Assembly (NCBI RefSeq): GCF_009363075.1
Contig: NZ_CP045293.1
Coordinates: 6,369,006-6,433,005, forward strand
Length of the DNA stretch: 64,000 nt
Reading direction: 5' to 3'
DNA from: Paenibacillus guangzhouensis
Lineage (GTDB): Bacteria; Bacillota; Bacilli; Paenibacillales; Paenibacillaceae
Part shown: piece by piece, positions 27,805 through 37,049 of the stretch
Layout: each line of letters opens with the position of its first letter
How positions within the stretch are numbered: the stretch's first letter is position 1
Notes under the pieces: model-generated
Databases searched by the model: none
Told to the model about the DNA's origin: nothing
The model's input: only the letters and a program-made list of their open reading frames with translations
Program-made: the position numbers and the translations under genes

Positions 27805-28590
27805 ATGAATCATCCAATCATTGATATCGGTGTCAATTTGATGCATCGTTCGTTTCACCAAGATCGAGAGCAAGTGGTTGAAAGAGCGGCAGCGAATAAC
27901 GTTTCACCTCTTATCCTTACAGGAACGAGTCTAAGGAACAGCGTCGATGCGGCTCGATATGCAGGCCGTTACAAAGGAAAATTGTATTCTACAGCAGGAG
28001 TTCATCCGCATGATGCGAAGAGCTGCGACGATCGGACGATCGCGAAGCTCAGAGAATTGGCGGCGATGCCACAGGTTGTCGCAATTGGCGAGTGTGGTCT
28101 AGACTATAACCGGGACTTCTCGCCGCGGGATGTACAACGGAAATGGTTCGCTGAGCAAATTCAATTGGCGCTTGAGCTGAATATGCCGTTGTTTCTACAT
28201 GAGCGGGACGCATTCACGGATTTTACGGCGATGCTGAAGGAACATGCTGTACAGAAGGCAGTGGTACATTGCTTTACCGGGAATCTGAATGAACTGAAGA
28301 CATACCTGAATATGGGACTCTACATAGGCATTACAGGATGGATTTGCGATGAGCGGAGAGGGAAGCATCTGAGGGACCTGGTCCGCATCATCCCACTCGA
28401 CCGATTGATGATCGAGACGGATGCGCCGTTCTTAACCCCGCGCGATCTGAAGGAGAAGCCGGCAGACGGACGCAATGAGCCTGCATTCTTGCCGCATATT
28501 TTGGAAGCTGTAGCACGATGTACGGGTAAGACGGTAGAAGAGGTGGCGAAGGCTACGACGGAGACGGCCGTAGAGTTTTTCCGAATTTGA
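27805..28590 (+). CDS. tatD: TatD-family metal-dependent hydrolase/DNase
   Basis: 261 aa with TatD motifs GVHPHDA, AIGECGLDY, LFLHERDA, HCFTG and ETDAPFL. RBS AAAGGAG present. Confidence 0.85.
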   Translation: MNHPIIDIGVNLMHRSFHQDREQVVERAAANNVSPLILTGTSLRNSVDAARYAGRYKGKLYSTAGVHPHDAKSCDDRTIAKLRELAAMPQVVAIGECGLDYNRDFSPRDVQRKWFAEQIQLALELNMPLFLHERDAFTDFTAMLKEHAVQKAVVHCFTGNLNELKTYLNMGLYIGITGWICDERRGKHLRDLVRIIPLDRLMIETDAPFLTPRDLKEKPADGRNEPAFLPHILEAVARCTGKTVEEVAKATTETAVEFFRI

Positions 28591-28684
28591 TACATCTCAA
28601 TGAAAACAAGAAGCTCAAGCATCGGTTTCACAAGCCGACAGTTGAGCTTTTTTTCTATGTACGAATATTCGAATTTCATGATCC

Positions 28685-29545
28685 TTACGAAGATCGTTCC
28701 TCATTGACTGTAGCGGTAGCGACGCCATATCGCTCCAACGCTTTCGTTGACGCCTTTAGCATCCTTCTTTTTAAATAATCTCCCTCGATCACCCGAACAC
28801 GTTTCCCGAGAAAACGAATCTTGGAAAGCAAATACTTCATTTCATCTCCTAGCAGAGAGACTCTGATTCGATAGGTATCATGATCCAGATCATACTCGAC
28901 ACTTTTTTCGAAGCTGGAGAAGGCGTAGAGGATGCGGGACAACTCTTCGTTATACATTGGAATAATCTCGATGACCACTTCACTTTTGCGCGAATCCAAT
29001 GTGTTACCGATTTCCTGAAGGATGCTCTCTGCAACTGATTGTCGGATCGATTCTTCTGTAACCTCATGAATATGCTTCAGCCGGGTGCTCATAAAGGCGT
29101 TATATCTGGTGTGGTACCATAGCAAATACCATTCTCTCTTGACCATGGAATATTCCAGCTTATACGGAAAACCTGAATGGTCTGTTTTCAATCGTCCGCT
29201 CTTAATCTCGTAAGTGATGCGAATTCCCGTCTTATTCATAATGTGCCGACGTAGTGTGGGCAGGAGCGGGTGATACACCTGTTTCTCCAGACTGCGGGCT
29301 TTTTCAATCAAATGAGAGGAGGTATCCATCACTTGATCCGACGCAAGGATGGAACGTAACTTGTTCAACGTGTCTGCAGTGAAAGCCTCGGCAGCCGCAG
29401 GATGTTCAAGCATCGTCTTCAGCCATGCCCGTTCATGCGAGGTGACCATGAAGGTACCGGAATCCTCCAAACGTGAGATGATCTGGTGGTTAAATATTTT
29501 CTCGAACAGGTTCATAGTAGGCTTGAATCTCCTTCCACTCGGCAA
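28685..29545 (-). CDS. WYL-domain protein without an obvious N-terminal HTH (WYL plus a C-terminal extension)
   Basis: 286 aa. WYL signature KREWYLLWYHTRYNAFMSTRLKHIH. Start uncertain (TTG at 29545 or ATG at 29515). Confidence 0.7.
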   Translation of the reverse strand: MPSGRRFKPTMNLFEKIFNHQIISRLEDSGTFMVTSHERAWLKTMLEHPAAAEAFTADTLNKLRSILASDQVMDTSSHLIEKARSLEKQVYHPLLPTLRRHIMNKTGIRITYEIKSGRLKTDHSGFPYKLEYSMVKREWYLLWYHTRYNAFMSTRLKHIHEVTEESIRQSVAESILQEIGNTLDSRKSEVVIEIIPMYNEELSRILYAFSSFEKSVEYDLDHDTYRIRVSLLGDEMKYLLSKIRFLGKRVRVIEGDYLKRRMLKASTKALERYGVATATVNEERSS

Positions 29546-30812
29546 TCATTTCCCGCCGGAGCTGCATAGGCTCTAGAATCTCGCAGCTGGAACCGAAACT
29601 GCGCAGCCATGGCTTGATTTCGGTCGTCCCGTTCACGGTAATTTCGTAGATAAACGCATGTTCATCTTCGGAGACGATCTGTCCCCACTGTCCCTGCAGC
29701 ATGACTCGGTCCTTGACGAAGTTTGGTTCGGACCCACCCGGATTATAGAATTTAGCGCGTACCGTCACCGGTCGTCCCGTATCGATGAGCCAACTATACT
29801 GCATTTTGGCGGCAAGTTCGGTCTTCTTTTCTTCACACCATGCCTCGTCCACAGATTCATCCTCTTCGATTTGCGTGATCCCTTCGATACGGTATTTGCG
29901 GATTCCCTCTCTGCCATAGGCAAGCAAATACCATCTACCATACTGATGATCGTACACAATCTTAAGCGGGAGCGTCTTCTCGGTTTTGCCTTCCGTATCC
30001 CGTTCAAATAAGGGGTTGGTATTCTTGGAGGCATAGCTTTTCTCGGACTTCGGCGAGAAGTAGAGAAAACGGACCTTCCTACGGTGACGGATCGCATGCA
30101 GCAGCGTGAACAGATGCGCCTCATCCAATATGCGTGAGTGATAGTGATATTTATATAAAAATGGCTCGACGGCATGCTGCTCGACTTGATTGCGCAAGAG
30201 AAGCTTCTTCAGTCCGTCACGCAGCAGATAACCTTGAACAGAAGGCACCTGCGTATTCGCCATGACGTCGACAAAATCATACAAATCGATAAGCTCTTCA
30301 TCCGATAAGCTGCGAACCAAGTCATCCTGAATGCGATAACGGTAGGGGCGAGGTCCAGGCTCTTTCTTGATGACTCCGACCTCCTCCAAGTATTTGAGAT
30401 CGGACCGAATTGTCTTCTCATCAGGGAGTGGAAGATCCGAAGATAGGCTGTTGCAGCATACATCCAAGAGCTCCATTGCCGTCAGAGCCTGCTCATTCAT
30501 CGCACCTAGCAGCAGCGAGATTCGTTGACTTTCGGATTCCTTGACGGATTTGGCGCGGAACAGGAACAAGAGCAGTGGATCGGTGGTGTCATAGTAGCTG
30601 TACCGAATCGTCTCGGATAATTCCTTACTCTGTTCTTGAGGCAAAACCTGATGCAGCGAGCTGACGACTTCTTTGAGCCGTCGTATTGTTTTATCGAATG
30701 TGTGGACGGAAATGCCAAGCCGTTCTGCGAATTGCTGTCTACTGAAGGCACCGCTGGTCAACACAAGCATACGTAGGAATTGGATTTCTTTATCAAAACT
30801 TTCCTTAGCCAA
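29490..30812 (-). CDS. HTH-WYL transcriptional regulator (YafY/PafB-like)
   Basis: 440 aa. N-terminal HTH FAERLGISVHTFDKTIRRLKE. WYL signature YGRWYLLAYGREGIRKYRIEGI. Overlaps the downstream WYL gene by 56 nt. Confidence 0.7.
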   Translation of the reverse strand: MAKESFDKEIQFLRMLVLTSGAFSRQQFAERLGISVHTFDKTIRRLKEVVSSLHQVLPQEQSKELSETIRYSYYDTTDPLLLFLFRAKSVKESESQRISLLLGAMNEQALTAMELLDVCCNSLSSDLPLPDEKTIRSDLKYLEEVGVIKKEPGPRPYRYRIQDDLVRSLSDEELIDLYDFVDVMANTQVPSVQGYLLRDGLKKLLLRNQVEQHAVEPFLYKYHYHSRILDEAHLFTLLHAIRHRRKVRFLYFSPKSEKSYASKNTNPLFERDTEGKTEKTLPLKIVYDHQYGRWYLLAYGREGIRKYRIEGITQIEEDESVDEAWCEEKKTELAAKMQYSWLIDTGRPVTVRAKFYNPGGSEPNFVKDRVMLQGQWGQIVSEDEHAFIYEITVNGTTEIKPWLRSFGSSCEILEPMQLRREMIAEWKEIQAYYEPVRENI

Positions 30813-31105
30813 TGGGATCCCCCGTTCAAATGAAACATCTTATACTATTGTATCAGGGGAGATACTTGGGTGAAATGGAAAACTTTATGGGCAGTCGTAA
30901 TACTTTCGCCATGTTCGTTCGGGTTGAAATGAGCGATGATAGAACCTGTAAGACGCACGGAGCAAGGTGGTAAACGCCAGATGGCGTTTCATCATACATT
31001 GTTTCTTATTCGGACGGTCGTAACGAGGCGAGGATATCGAGGTATCCCGCAGTGCCGCGCATGGTATGTGACTGTATCCTGTACGGTCGGATCGGTAAGG
31101 AACCA

Positions 31106-31136
31106 ACATTTGGGGTTCGATTCCCCAATCGCCTGT
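31106..31136 (+). other. tRNA 3'-end-like fragment (T-arm plus acceptor 3' strand) in intergenic DNA; possible att-site remnant
   Basis: tgggg-TTCGATT-cccca-atcgcctg has a canonical T-stem-loop, but no complete cloverleaf could be built from the upstream sequence. Confidence 0.25.
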
Positions 31137-31441
31137 GGAGCGATTTTGGTAGCATACTCGACTTCCAATCGAGCGAAAATTATTCAAAAGACCAAAAGGA
31201 TAGAATCCCTAGCGGCTATTTTAAGCGCACTGCAGGAAGGCTTTGCAGTCCGTGGATACCGATGGAGCGAAATTTCTGGAAGTTCTCTTGGATGGAAGAA
31301 TAAGTAGTGCGGCTGAAGCAGGGTCACGCTCTTATTCCAAAATCCTTGCAAACGAAGGATGGATTGCTCCGCTAAAGCGAGATTCCGCCAGAACGCAGTG
31401 GGATTCTAAGTCCATTGGTCGAACTATTTAGGGGGTTAACA

Positions 31442-32560
31442 ATGATGATTACAAAAGTAACGATTCAAGCAGACGAACGCGGTTTGCTATTTGATAAAGG
31501 AAGTTATGTGAAAAAGCTGATGCCGGGGACGTATCGCTTTTCCATGTGGTCTAAATCCACCGTTGTGGTGATGAATATCGCTAAACCGTTCCATGTGGAC
31601 GGAAAAGATCTGAAGTTGTTCCTTCATGACGAGAATCTCGTGCGTGAGCTCGATATTGTGCGGGTGCAAGATCATGAATACGTTCTGCACTACGAGGACG
31701 GACAATACGTACAATTGCTTAAGCCTGGTACCTACGCCTATTGGAATATGCTTAAAAAACATACCTTTGTGCATGCGGATATCCGACAACCTGAATTGCC
31801 TGTCGAGGTTAATCGTTCAATTATATCGAAGCTTACTGCCAATGTGCAGTCCTACGAAATCGCGAGTTACGAATCCGGATTTTTGTTCTATGACCACGTT
31901 CTACAACGAGAGCTGTCTCCTGGTAAGTACTACTTCTGGAGAGGTCCAGTCTCGACAATGGTTAAGACGATTGACCTAAGACAGCAACAAATGGATCTGA
32001 TCGGCCAGGAAATCATGACAGAAGACAAAGTCACGCTGCGTTTGAATTTCGTCTGCCAGTACAAGATCGTGAATCCACTGCGCGCGCTAGAAATGAAGTC
32101 ATTCGACGACCAAATCCATATCCAGCTTCAGCTTGCGCTTCGGGAATATGTCGGGGCTCTAAAGTTGGACGATCTATTGAGACGCAAAGAGGACGTAGCG
32201 ACGTTCGTACTTACTCGACTGCGGGAGAAGGAGGAAGAGTTCGGCGTGCAATTTCTGAGTGCAGGGGTGAAAGATGTCGTCTTGCCGGGGGAAATGCGAG
32301 ATATCTTGAACACCGTCCTGCTCGCGGAGAAGAGGGCACAGGCGAATCTCATTACGCGTCGCGAAGAGACGGCCTCGACCCGAAGCCTGCTTAACACCGC
32401 GAAGCTGATGGACGAGAATCAGACGTTGTTCCGGTTGAAAGAGTTGGAATTCCTCGAGAAAATATGCGAGAAAGTCGGGTCCATCTCACTATCGGGCGGC
32501 GGGGATCTGTTGGAACGTCTGAGTGCACTTATTGGTGAGAGGAAGGCTACGAGCAAGTAG
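31442..32560 (+). CDS. SPFH/Band-7 (stomatin/flotillin-like) domain protein with an N-terminal triple beta-repeat
   Basis: C-terminal half carries the SPFH pattern (TEDKVTLRLNFVCQYKIVNP...KDVVLPGEMRDIL...AEKRAQANLI). The N-terminal half carries three repeats: KLMPGTYRFSMW, LLKPGTYAYWNM and LSPGKYYFWRGP. The ATG at 31442 follows AGGGGG. Confidence 0.75.
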   Translation: MMITKVTIQADERGLLFDKGSYVKKLMPGTYRFSMWSKSTVVVMNIAKPFHVDGKDLKLFLHDENLVRELDIVRVQDHEYVLHYEDGQYVQLLKPGTYAYWNMLKKHTFVHADIRQPELPVEVNRSIISKLTANVQSYEIASYESGFLFYDHVLQRELSPGKYYFWRGPVSTMVKTIDLRQQQMDLIGQEIMTEDKVTLRLNFVCQYKIVNPLRALEMKSFDDQIHIQLQLALREYVGALKLDDLLRRKEDVATFVLTRLREKEEEFGVQFLSAGVKDVVLPGEMRDILNTVLLAEKRAQANLITRREETASTRSLLNTAKLMDENQTLFRLKELEFLEKICEKVGSISLSGGGDLLERLSALIGERKATSK

Positions 32561-32605
32561 TGAACACCATGCGGATGAGATTTTCCGATCCGTGCTGAGA
32601 GAAAT

Positions 32606-34195
32606 ATGGGAAAAAGGGTGATAAAAACAATGGTTATTTTCTTCAATAAAGCAACACGGTCGCCTTGGGAAGGGAAGGCTTCCATTTACGCATATATTCG
32701 TGATCAAGGGGAACATGTTGGCGATTCCTTGCCGGATGACGAGGAATACTGGTCAGACAGTCCAATCAGGTGGGTAGCCGGCGGAATGGATGGAGCATTA
32801 GGGCATCATGCAGGGAGCAGTGACGTGCCAAATGAGGCGCACGAGCTTGCGAACCTATTGGCGAAGCACTCCAGGAAACCGAATAACTCAACGAGAAAAG
32901 AGCTTTATGCTAGAGTTGTGACGGCTCAAGTAGGGGGCATGATGGACGCCATCTTGGACGAGGTGCGCAAACATCCCGGCATCCAAGCAGGTGTTGTTTT
33001 CGACGAGGCCAGATGGTTCGTTGAGCATGCGGCACATCGTAATGTCGTTAAATTCGGAATTGCGCTTTTGGGACTCTTTCAGAACGAACAGGTTAAAGAA
33101 CTGCTTCTTACGCTTGGTAGACATGAAGAATTTACACTATATTCCGCAGTAGCGATTCAGAATGGGATGGAAGACAGTAACGAGGTTCTCTTTGAGCTAG
33201 CTCAACATGTCCATGGTTGGGGGAAGATAAATCTCGTCGAGAGACTCGAGCCGAATACAACAGAAATTAAAGATTGGCTGCTTCGACATGGCTGCCAAAA
33301 TAGTATCATGAACGAATATCTAGCCTGTATTTGTGCGAGAAATGGAGATTTGCGAGAGGCTCTCGTACCGGATCAGGTCGACCGAGAATTATTTGAAGGA
33401 GCGTCTACGATCATCGAAGCGTTGTTGTATGGCGGTCCTGCCGAGGATATCGATGATTATGAACATGCGCCACAGGTGCTATCTGATTACGTGAGGCTGT
33501 CCGGGGAAATGTGCTCAACCACCAAGCATCTATCTGTCATGTTGAACATTCGAGACTTCTTAGATCAGGATGAGGAGAAGTGGGAAGGGCGGATGTCAGC
33601 GGGATGGACAGCGCAGGCAAGAGGCGATATTCATGATGCTTGTCAATTCATCATTGGTGATTCCAAGTGGAGCAGCTTAATTATGGATGCGGTCAGCTCT
33701 AATGACTCACAGAACCGCTACTATGGCGTGGCTTGTGCGGAAAAGCTCGGCATGGATATTTGGGAGACGCTCTATAGCCAATTAGCTGTAAATCCGCTTC
33801 AAGACGCACATTACCTTCAGCTCATGAAATCGAATGATCCCGCTAGAATTCAGAAGTTGGTTCATTTTGCTACGGAACATTTGCCGCTGCCGCAGATTGC
33901 TACAGGCCCTGGGGATGAAATGGGATTCGGCAAAGAATATGAAGCGCATAGAAGCTTGGACACCATTCTGCAAAGCTTGGATTCGTTCGAGGGGATGGGC
34001 AAGGAGCTGATCCTTACCGGACTGAAAAGTCCTGTGATCCGGAATCGGAATATGGCGATCATGGCGCTAGAGGGGTGGAACGTTGCTTCTTGGGGAGATC
34101 AGCTTATAAAAGCAGTTATACATTTATCAGGTATAGAGCCCGATGATTCTGTAAAAGAGCGACTTCAACAGCTGCGGACGGAAAAAGAAGTATGA
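32606..34195 (+). CDS. Hypothetical protein (about 520 aa), predicted alpha-helical, unknown function
   Basis: Long uninterrupted ORF in the same orientation as the SPFH gene. Alternative start at 32630. No recognised motif. Confidence 0.45.
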   Translation: MGKRVIKTMVIFFNKATRSPWEGKASIYAYIRDQGEHVGDSLPDDEEYWSDSPIRWVAGGMDGALGHHAGSSDVPNEAHELANLLAKHSRKPNNSTRKELYARVVTAQVGGMMDAILDEVRKHPGIQAGVVFDEARWFVEHAAHRNVVKFGIALLGLFQNEQVKELLLTLGRHEEFTLYSAVAIQNGMEDSNEVLFELAQHVHGWGKINLVERLEPNTTEIKDWLLRHGCQNSIMNEYLACICARNGDLREALVPDQVDRELFEGASTIIEALLYGGPAEDIDDYEHAPQVLSDYVRLSGEMCSTTKHLSVMLNIRDFLDQDEEKWEGRMSAGWTAQARGDIHDACQFIIGDSKWSSLIMDAVSSNDSQNRYYGVACAEKLGMDIWETLYSQLAVNPLQDAHYLQLMKSNDPARIQKLVHFATEHLPLPQIATGPGDEMGFGKEYEAHRSLDTILQSLDSFEGMGKELILTGLKSPVIRNRNMAIMALEGWNVASWGDQLIKAVIHLSGIEPDDSVKERLQQLRTEKEV

Positions 34196-34475
34196 TTACC
34201 AAGGTTATTCCTATATAAAAACGCAAGCGCCGGGCTCCCCAGTCCGGCGCTTATGCTTATTTTCTTTTATAGAGTTTTTCCCATTTCTTGGTCACTTCTG
34301 CCCGAGTCCGTCGTTGGTCCCTCGGATTAGTTGAAGTTTCCCATTCGTGACGCCGTAAAGAAGAATTGGTTGCACGGAAGTAAGATATGAATCTACGGCT
34401 CCATCCAATCATCAAAGTATGGTACGATTTGGATAGTGAGCATTTTTAGTTCCACATAGGGATTGGATGGTGTCG

Positions 34476-35362
34476 TGATGAAAGATGATCCATTATTCAA
34501 TAGAATCAAAGGCGGACTATACGGCGTGGCTGTCGGCGATGCACTTGGAGGAACGACCGAGTTCATGCATCCTCGTGAGATTAAAGCCCAGTACGGCTAT
34601 TTAACAGAAATCATCGGAGGCGGCGTCTGGTAGCTGGAACCAGGGGAAGTAACCGATGATACCATGATGACGCTATGCGTCGCGGAGGGGATTCTGGAGA
34701 ACCGCTTAGATCCGATGGAACCGATTGGGCGCCGATTTTTGGCTTGGTATCATACGAAACCAAAGGATATTGGCAATACCATTCGCCATGTGTTCAAAAT
34801 TTATGAGGGAGATTGGTTCGAGGCGGCGTTTCTCTCGGATATGGATCTAGGTCAAAGCGGGGGAAATGGGTCCTTGATGCGCTGTCTTCCGGTGGCGCTG
34901 GCCTATACCGATCTGCATGATTTGGAACGCGTATCACGAATGCAATCGAAAATGACACATTATGACGAGCAGTGCAGCGAGGTGTGCGTCATCTATAATC
35001 GAATAGCCCGCAGGCTCCTGCATGGGGGAGTGTTAAAAGATGCGATTCTGTCTGAGGTGTCCGGAACGGAATATGAGGCGTTTATCAAGAAAGCGCCTGA
35101 TTGCGAACCGAGCGGGTATGTCGTGCATACGTTCCGCTGGGTGCTGCACATTCTGCTTCATGCTTCGAGCTTCAGCGAAGTCGTGCAACAAGCGGCTAAT
35201 CTGGGGAACGATTCCGATACGATCGGGGCCATCGCCGGTGGTCTTGCGGGAATCCATTGGGGGTACCGCGAAATTCCATCGACCTACTCTGATGTCATCC
35301 TGATCAACGAACGTCTGAACGACATTGCCTTGCGATTGTATCGATCACGAGTAGGGGGATAA
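34476..35362 (+). pseudogene. ADP-ribosylglycohydrolase (ARH/DraG family) interrupted by an in-frame TAG at 34631-34633
   Basis: N-terminal GLYGVAVGDALGGTTEF...GGGVW then TAG, then LEPGEVTDDTMM...GNGSLMR...GNDSDTIGAIAGGLAG. All family hallmarks lie in one frame on both sides of the stop. Confidence 0.7.
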
Positions 35363-35411
35363 GCTTCGATAGACTATTTAATGCTATAAAATGCATCCAC
35401 GGGAGGAGCAC

Positions 35412-36782
35412 ATGTCAAGAAAAGAGCAATTAATTCGAATTCGCAGGAAGCTGGAACTAGCGGCTCAAGCGGACCCAACGTACAACGTATTCGGATCCAG
35501 AGCGCATCGATATCAACTGAATGAGCCGCTAAGCCTTGCTGAAGTAGAACAGTTTGAGCGAGAGCACGGGATCACGCTGCCAGAGGACTATGTTGATTTT
35601 ATGACGGAGATCGGGAACGGCGGCGCGGGACCCTATTATGGCATACATCCGTTGGGCGCCAAGCAGGCTATTGAACTTGATCTTATTGGACAGCCGTCAC
35701 CTTTGAAACCGAGGAACGAATGGAGCGGGACGGGCTGGTCTGAAGATAAATTGGTTGACGATGCTATGGATGATGAAGAAGAGGAATATCCGGGTCTGCT
35801 GAATATCGGTGAGCAGGGCTGTAGTTATGAGACGATGCTGGTCATTACTGGGGAATATCGCGGTAAAGTGATCTATATCAACTTAGACAGCCAGAAGACG
35901 TTTTTTACATATGAGGCGAACTTTCTCGATTGGTATGAACGTTGGCTGAACGAGACGATTGCGGGGTATGAGAACTCGTGGTTCGGGATGCGTCGAGGCG
36001 GCGATGATCGAGCGTTAATGGAGTTGTACCGTTCGACTGAAGATGAGCGGATACACATCGAAGCGTTGGAAGGGATGCTCAAGCTGCCGCGTATTGCCGA
36101 TGAGACGGTGGACTTTCTCATACAGCAGTATCATGCGAATGATGGCGAGGTGCGCCGCTGGGCGCTTCAAGTGCTAGCGAAGATGCGGTTTAACGAAGCC
36201 GAGCCCCTCATTAGGGAAATGCTTCGCAGCCAGGACGGAACAAATCGACTGCTTGCATTGCAATTGATCAAATGGTACCTGCCTGAAGGCGATCGGCGAT
36301 TTACGGCGGAGTTGGTCAGCATGGTGGCGCTGGAGAACGGTGTGGAGGCATTCCGATTCTTAACCAATATTTTGCATGAAGCCGAAGTGAATATGTTGCC
36401 ACTGATGTTACCTTTCTTCAGTCATGGGGACAAGGACATTCGGATTCAGGCGCTATATCAGGCGGGGCATGCTCCTGTTCCAGAGAGAGTAGAGCAATTG
36501 CATCATTTCATCGCTGCTTTAGATGATCCGGAAATATATGTGCAGCTCATCGCGTTGCAGGCCTTGAGTGGCGTGACGGACGCACGGCTCCTTGAAGTTT
36601 TTGAGCAGCTGCTTGAGCGGCATAAGACGGATAAGGATTATATCCGATCGAACGTGAAGATTCTGCTCGAGGGATTCACGTTCAGCGATCTGGAGCAAGT
36701 GGAGCGGGAAATTCCTGATGCGTTGCGGCAGGTGAAGGGGATATTAAGGAAGAAAATGATGGAACACAAGAAATTCTTATAA
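35412..36782 (+). CDS. SMI1/KNR4 (SUKH-1) domain protein with C-terminal HEAT-like repeats
   Basis: LPEDYVDFMTEIGNGG is the SUKH signature. C-terminal repeats NDGEVRRWALQVLAKM, DKDIRIQALYQAG and DPEIYVQLIALQALS. The ATG at 35412 follows GGGAGGAG. Confidence 0.65.
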   Translation: MSRKEQLIRIRRKLELAAQADPTYNVFGSRAHRYQLNEPLSLAEVEQFEREHGITLPEDYVDFMTEIGNGGAGPYYGIHPLGAKQAIELDLIGQPSPLKPRNEWSGTGWSEDKLVDDAMDDEEEEYPGLLNIGEQGCSYETMLVITGEYRGKVIYINLDSQKTFFTYEANFLDWYERWLNETIAGYENSWFGMRRGGDDRALMELYRSTEDERIHIEALEGMLKLPRIADETVDFLIQQYHANDGEVRRWALQVLAKMRFNEAEPLIREMLRSQDGTNRLLALQLIKWYLPEGDRRFTAELVSMVALENGVEAFRFLTNILHEAEVNMLPLMLPFFSHGDKDIRIQALYQAGHAPVPERVEQLHHFIAALDDPEIYVQLIALQALSGVTDARLLEVFEQLLERHKTDKDYIRSNVKILLEGFTFSDLEQVEREIPDALRQVKGILRKKMMEHKKFL

Positions 36783-36793
36783 GCGCATGAAGA

Positions 36794-36840
36794 AAAGCGT
36801 TGATGATCATTGCAATGAACATTAACGCTTTTTTTTATTT
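36794..36840 (+). terminator. Rho-independent terminator
   Basis: Hairpin aagcgttgatg...cattaacgctt followed by T8. Confidence 0.6.
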
Positions 36841-37049
36841 TCAGATGTCATTCCTAAACCTAGGTTGGAAGTCTACTCACGAAGCCTTTATGGAAGAGTT
36901 AGCGCGCTTTGTGTGACAATCCGTCTTTTAATATTCTATTGGGCGGATTAAAATTAGGTGAGAGGGAAGACTCGCATGAATAATGAGTAGCATTTTTGAG
37001 AGCTTGTGGATTCAACTCAACAATAAAAAGCCAATGAAGCGGAATAGGT

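Noticed and set aside
30885-31431. Several 60-120-aa ORFs in the WYL/SPFH intergenic region
   Set aside because: Overlapping frames on both strands with no RBS and no motif. The region is better interpreted as a divergent promoter and operator region containing a tRNA-like fragment
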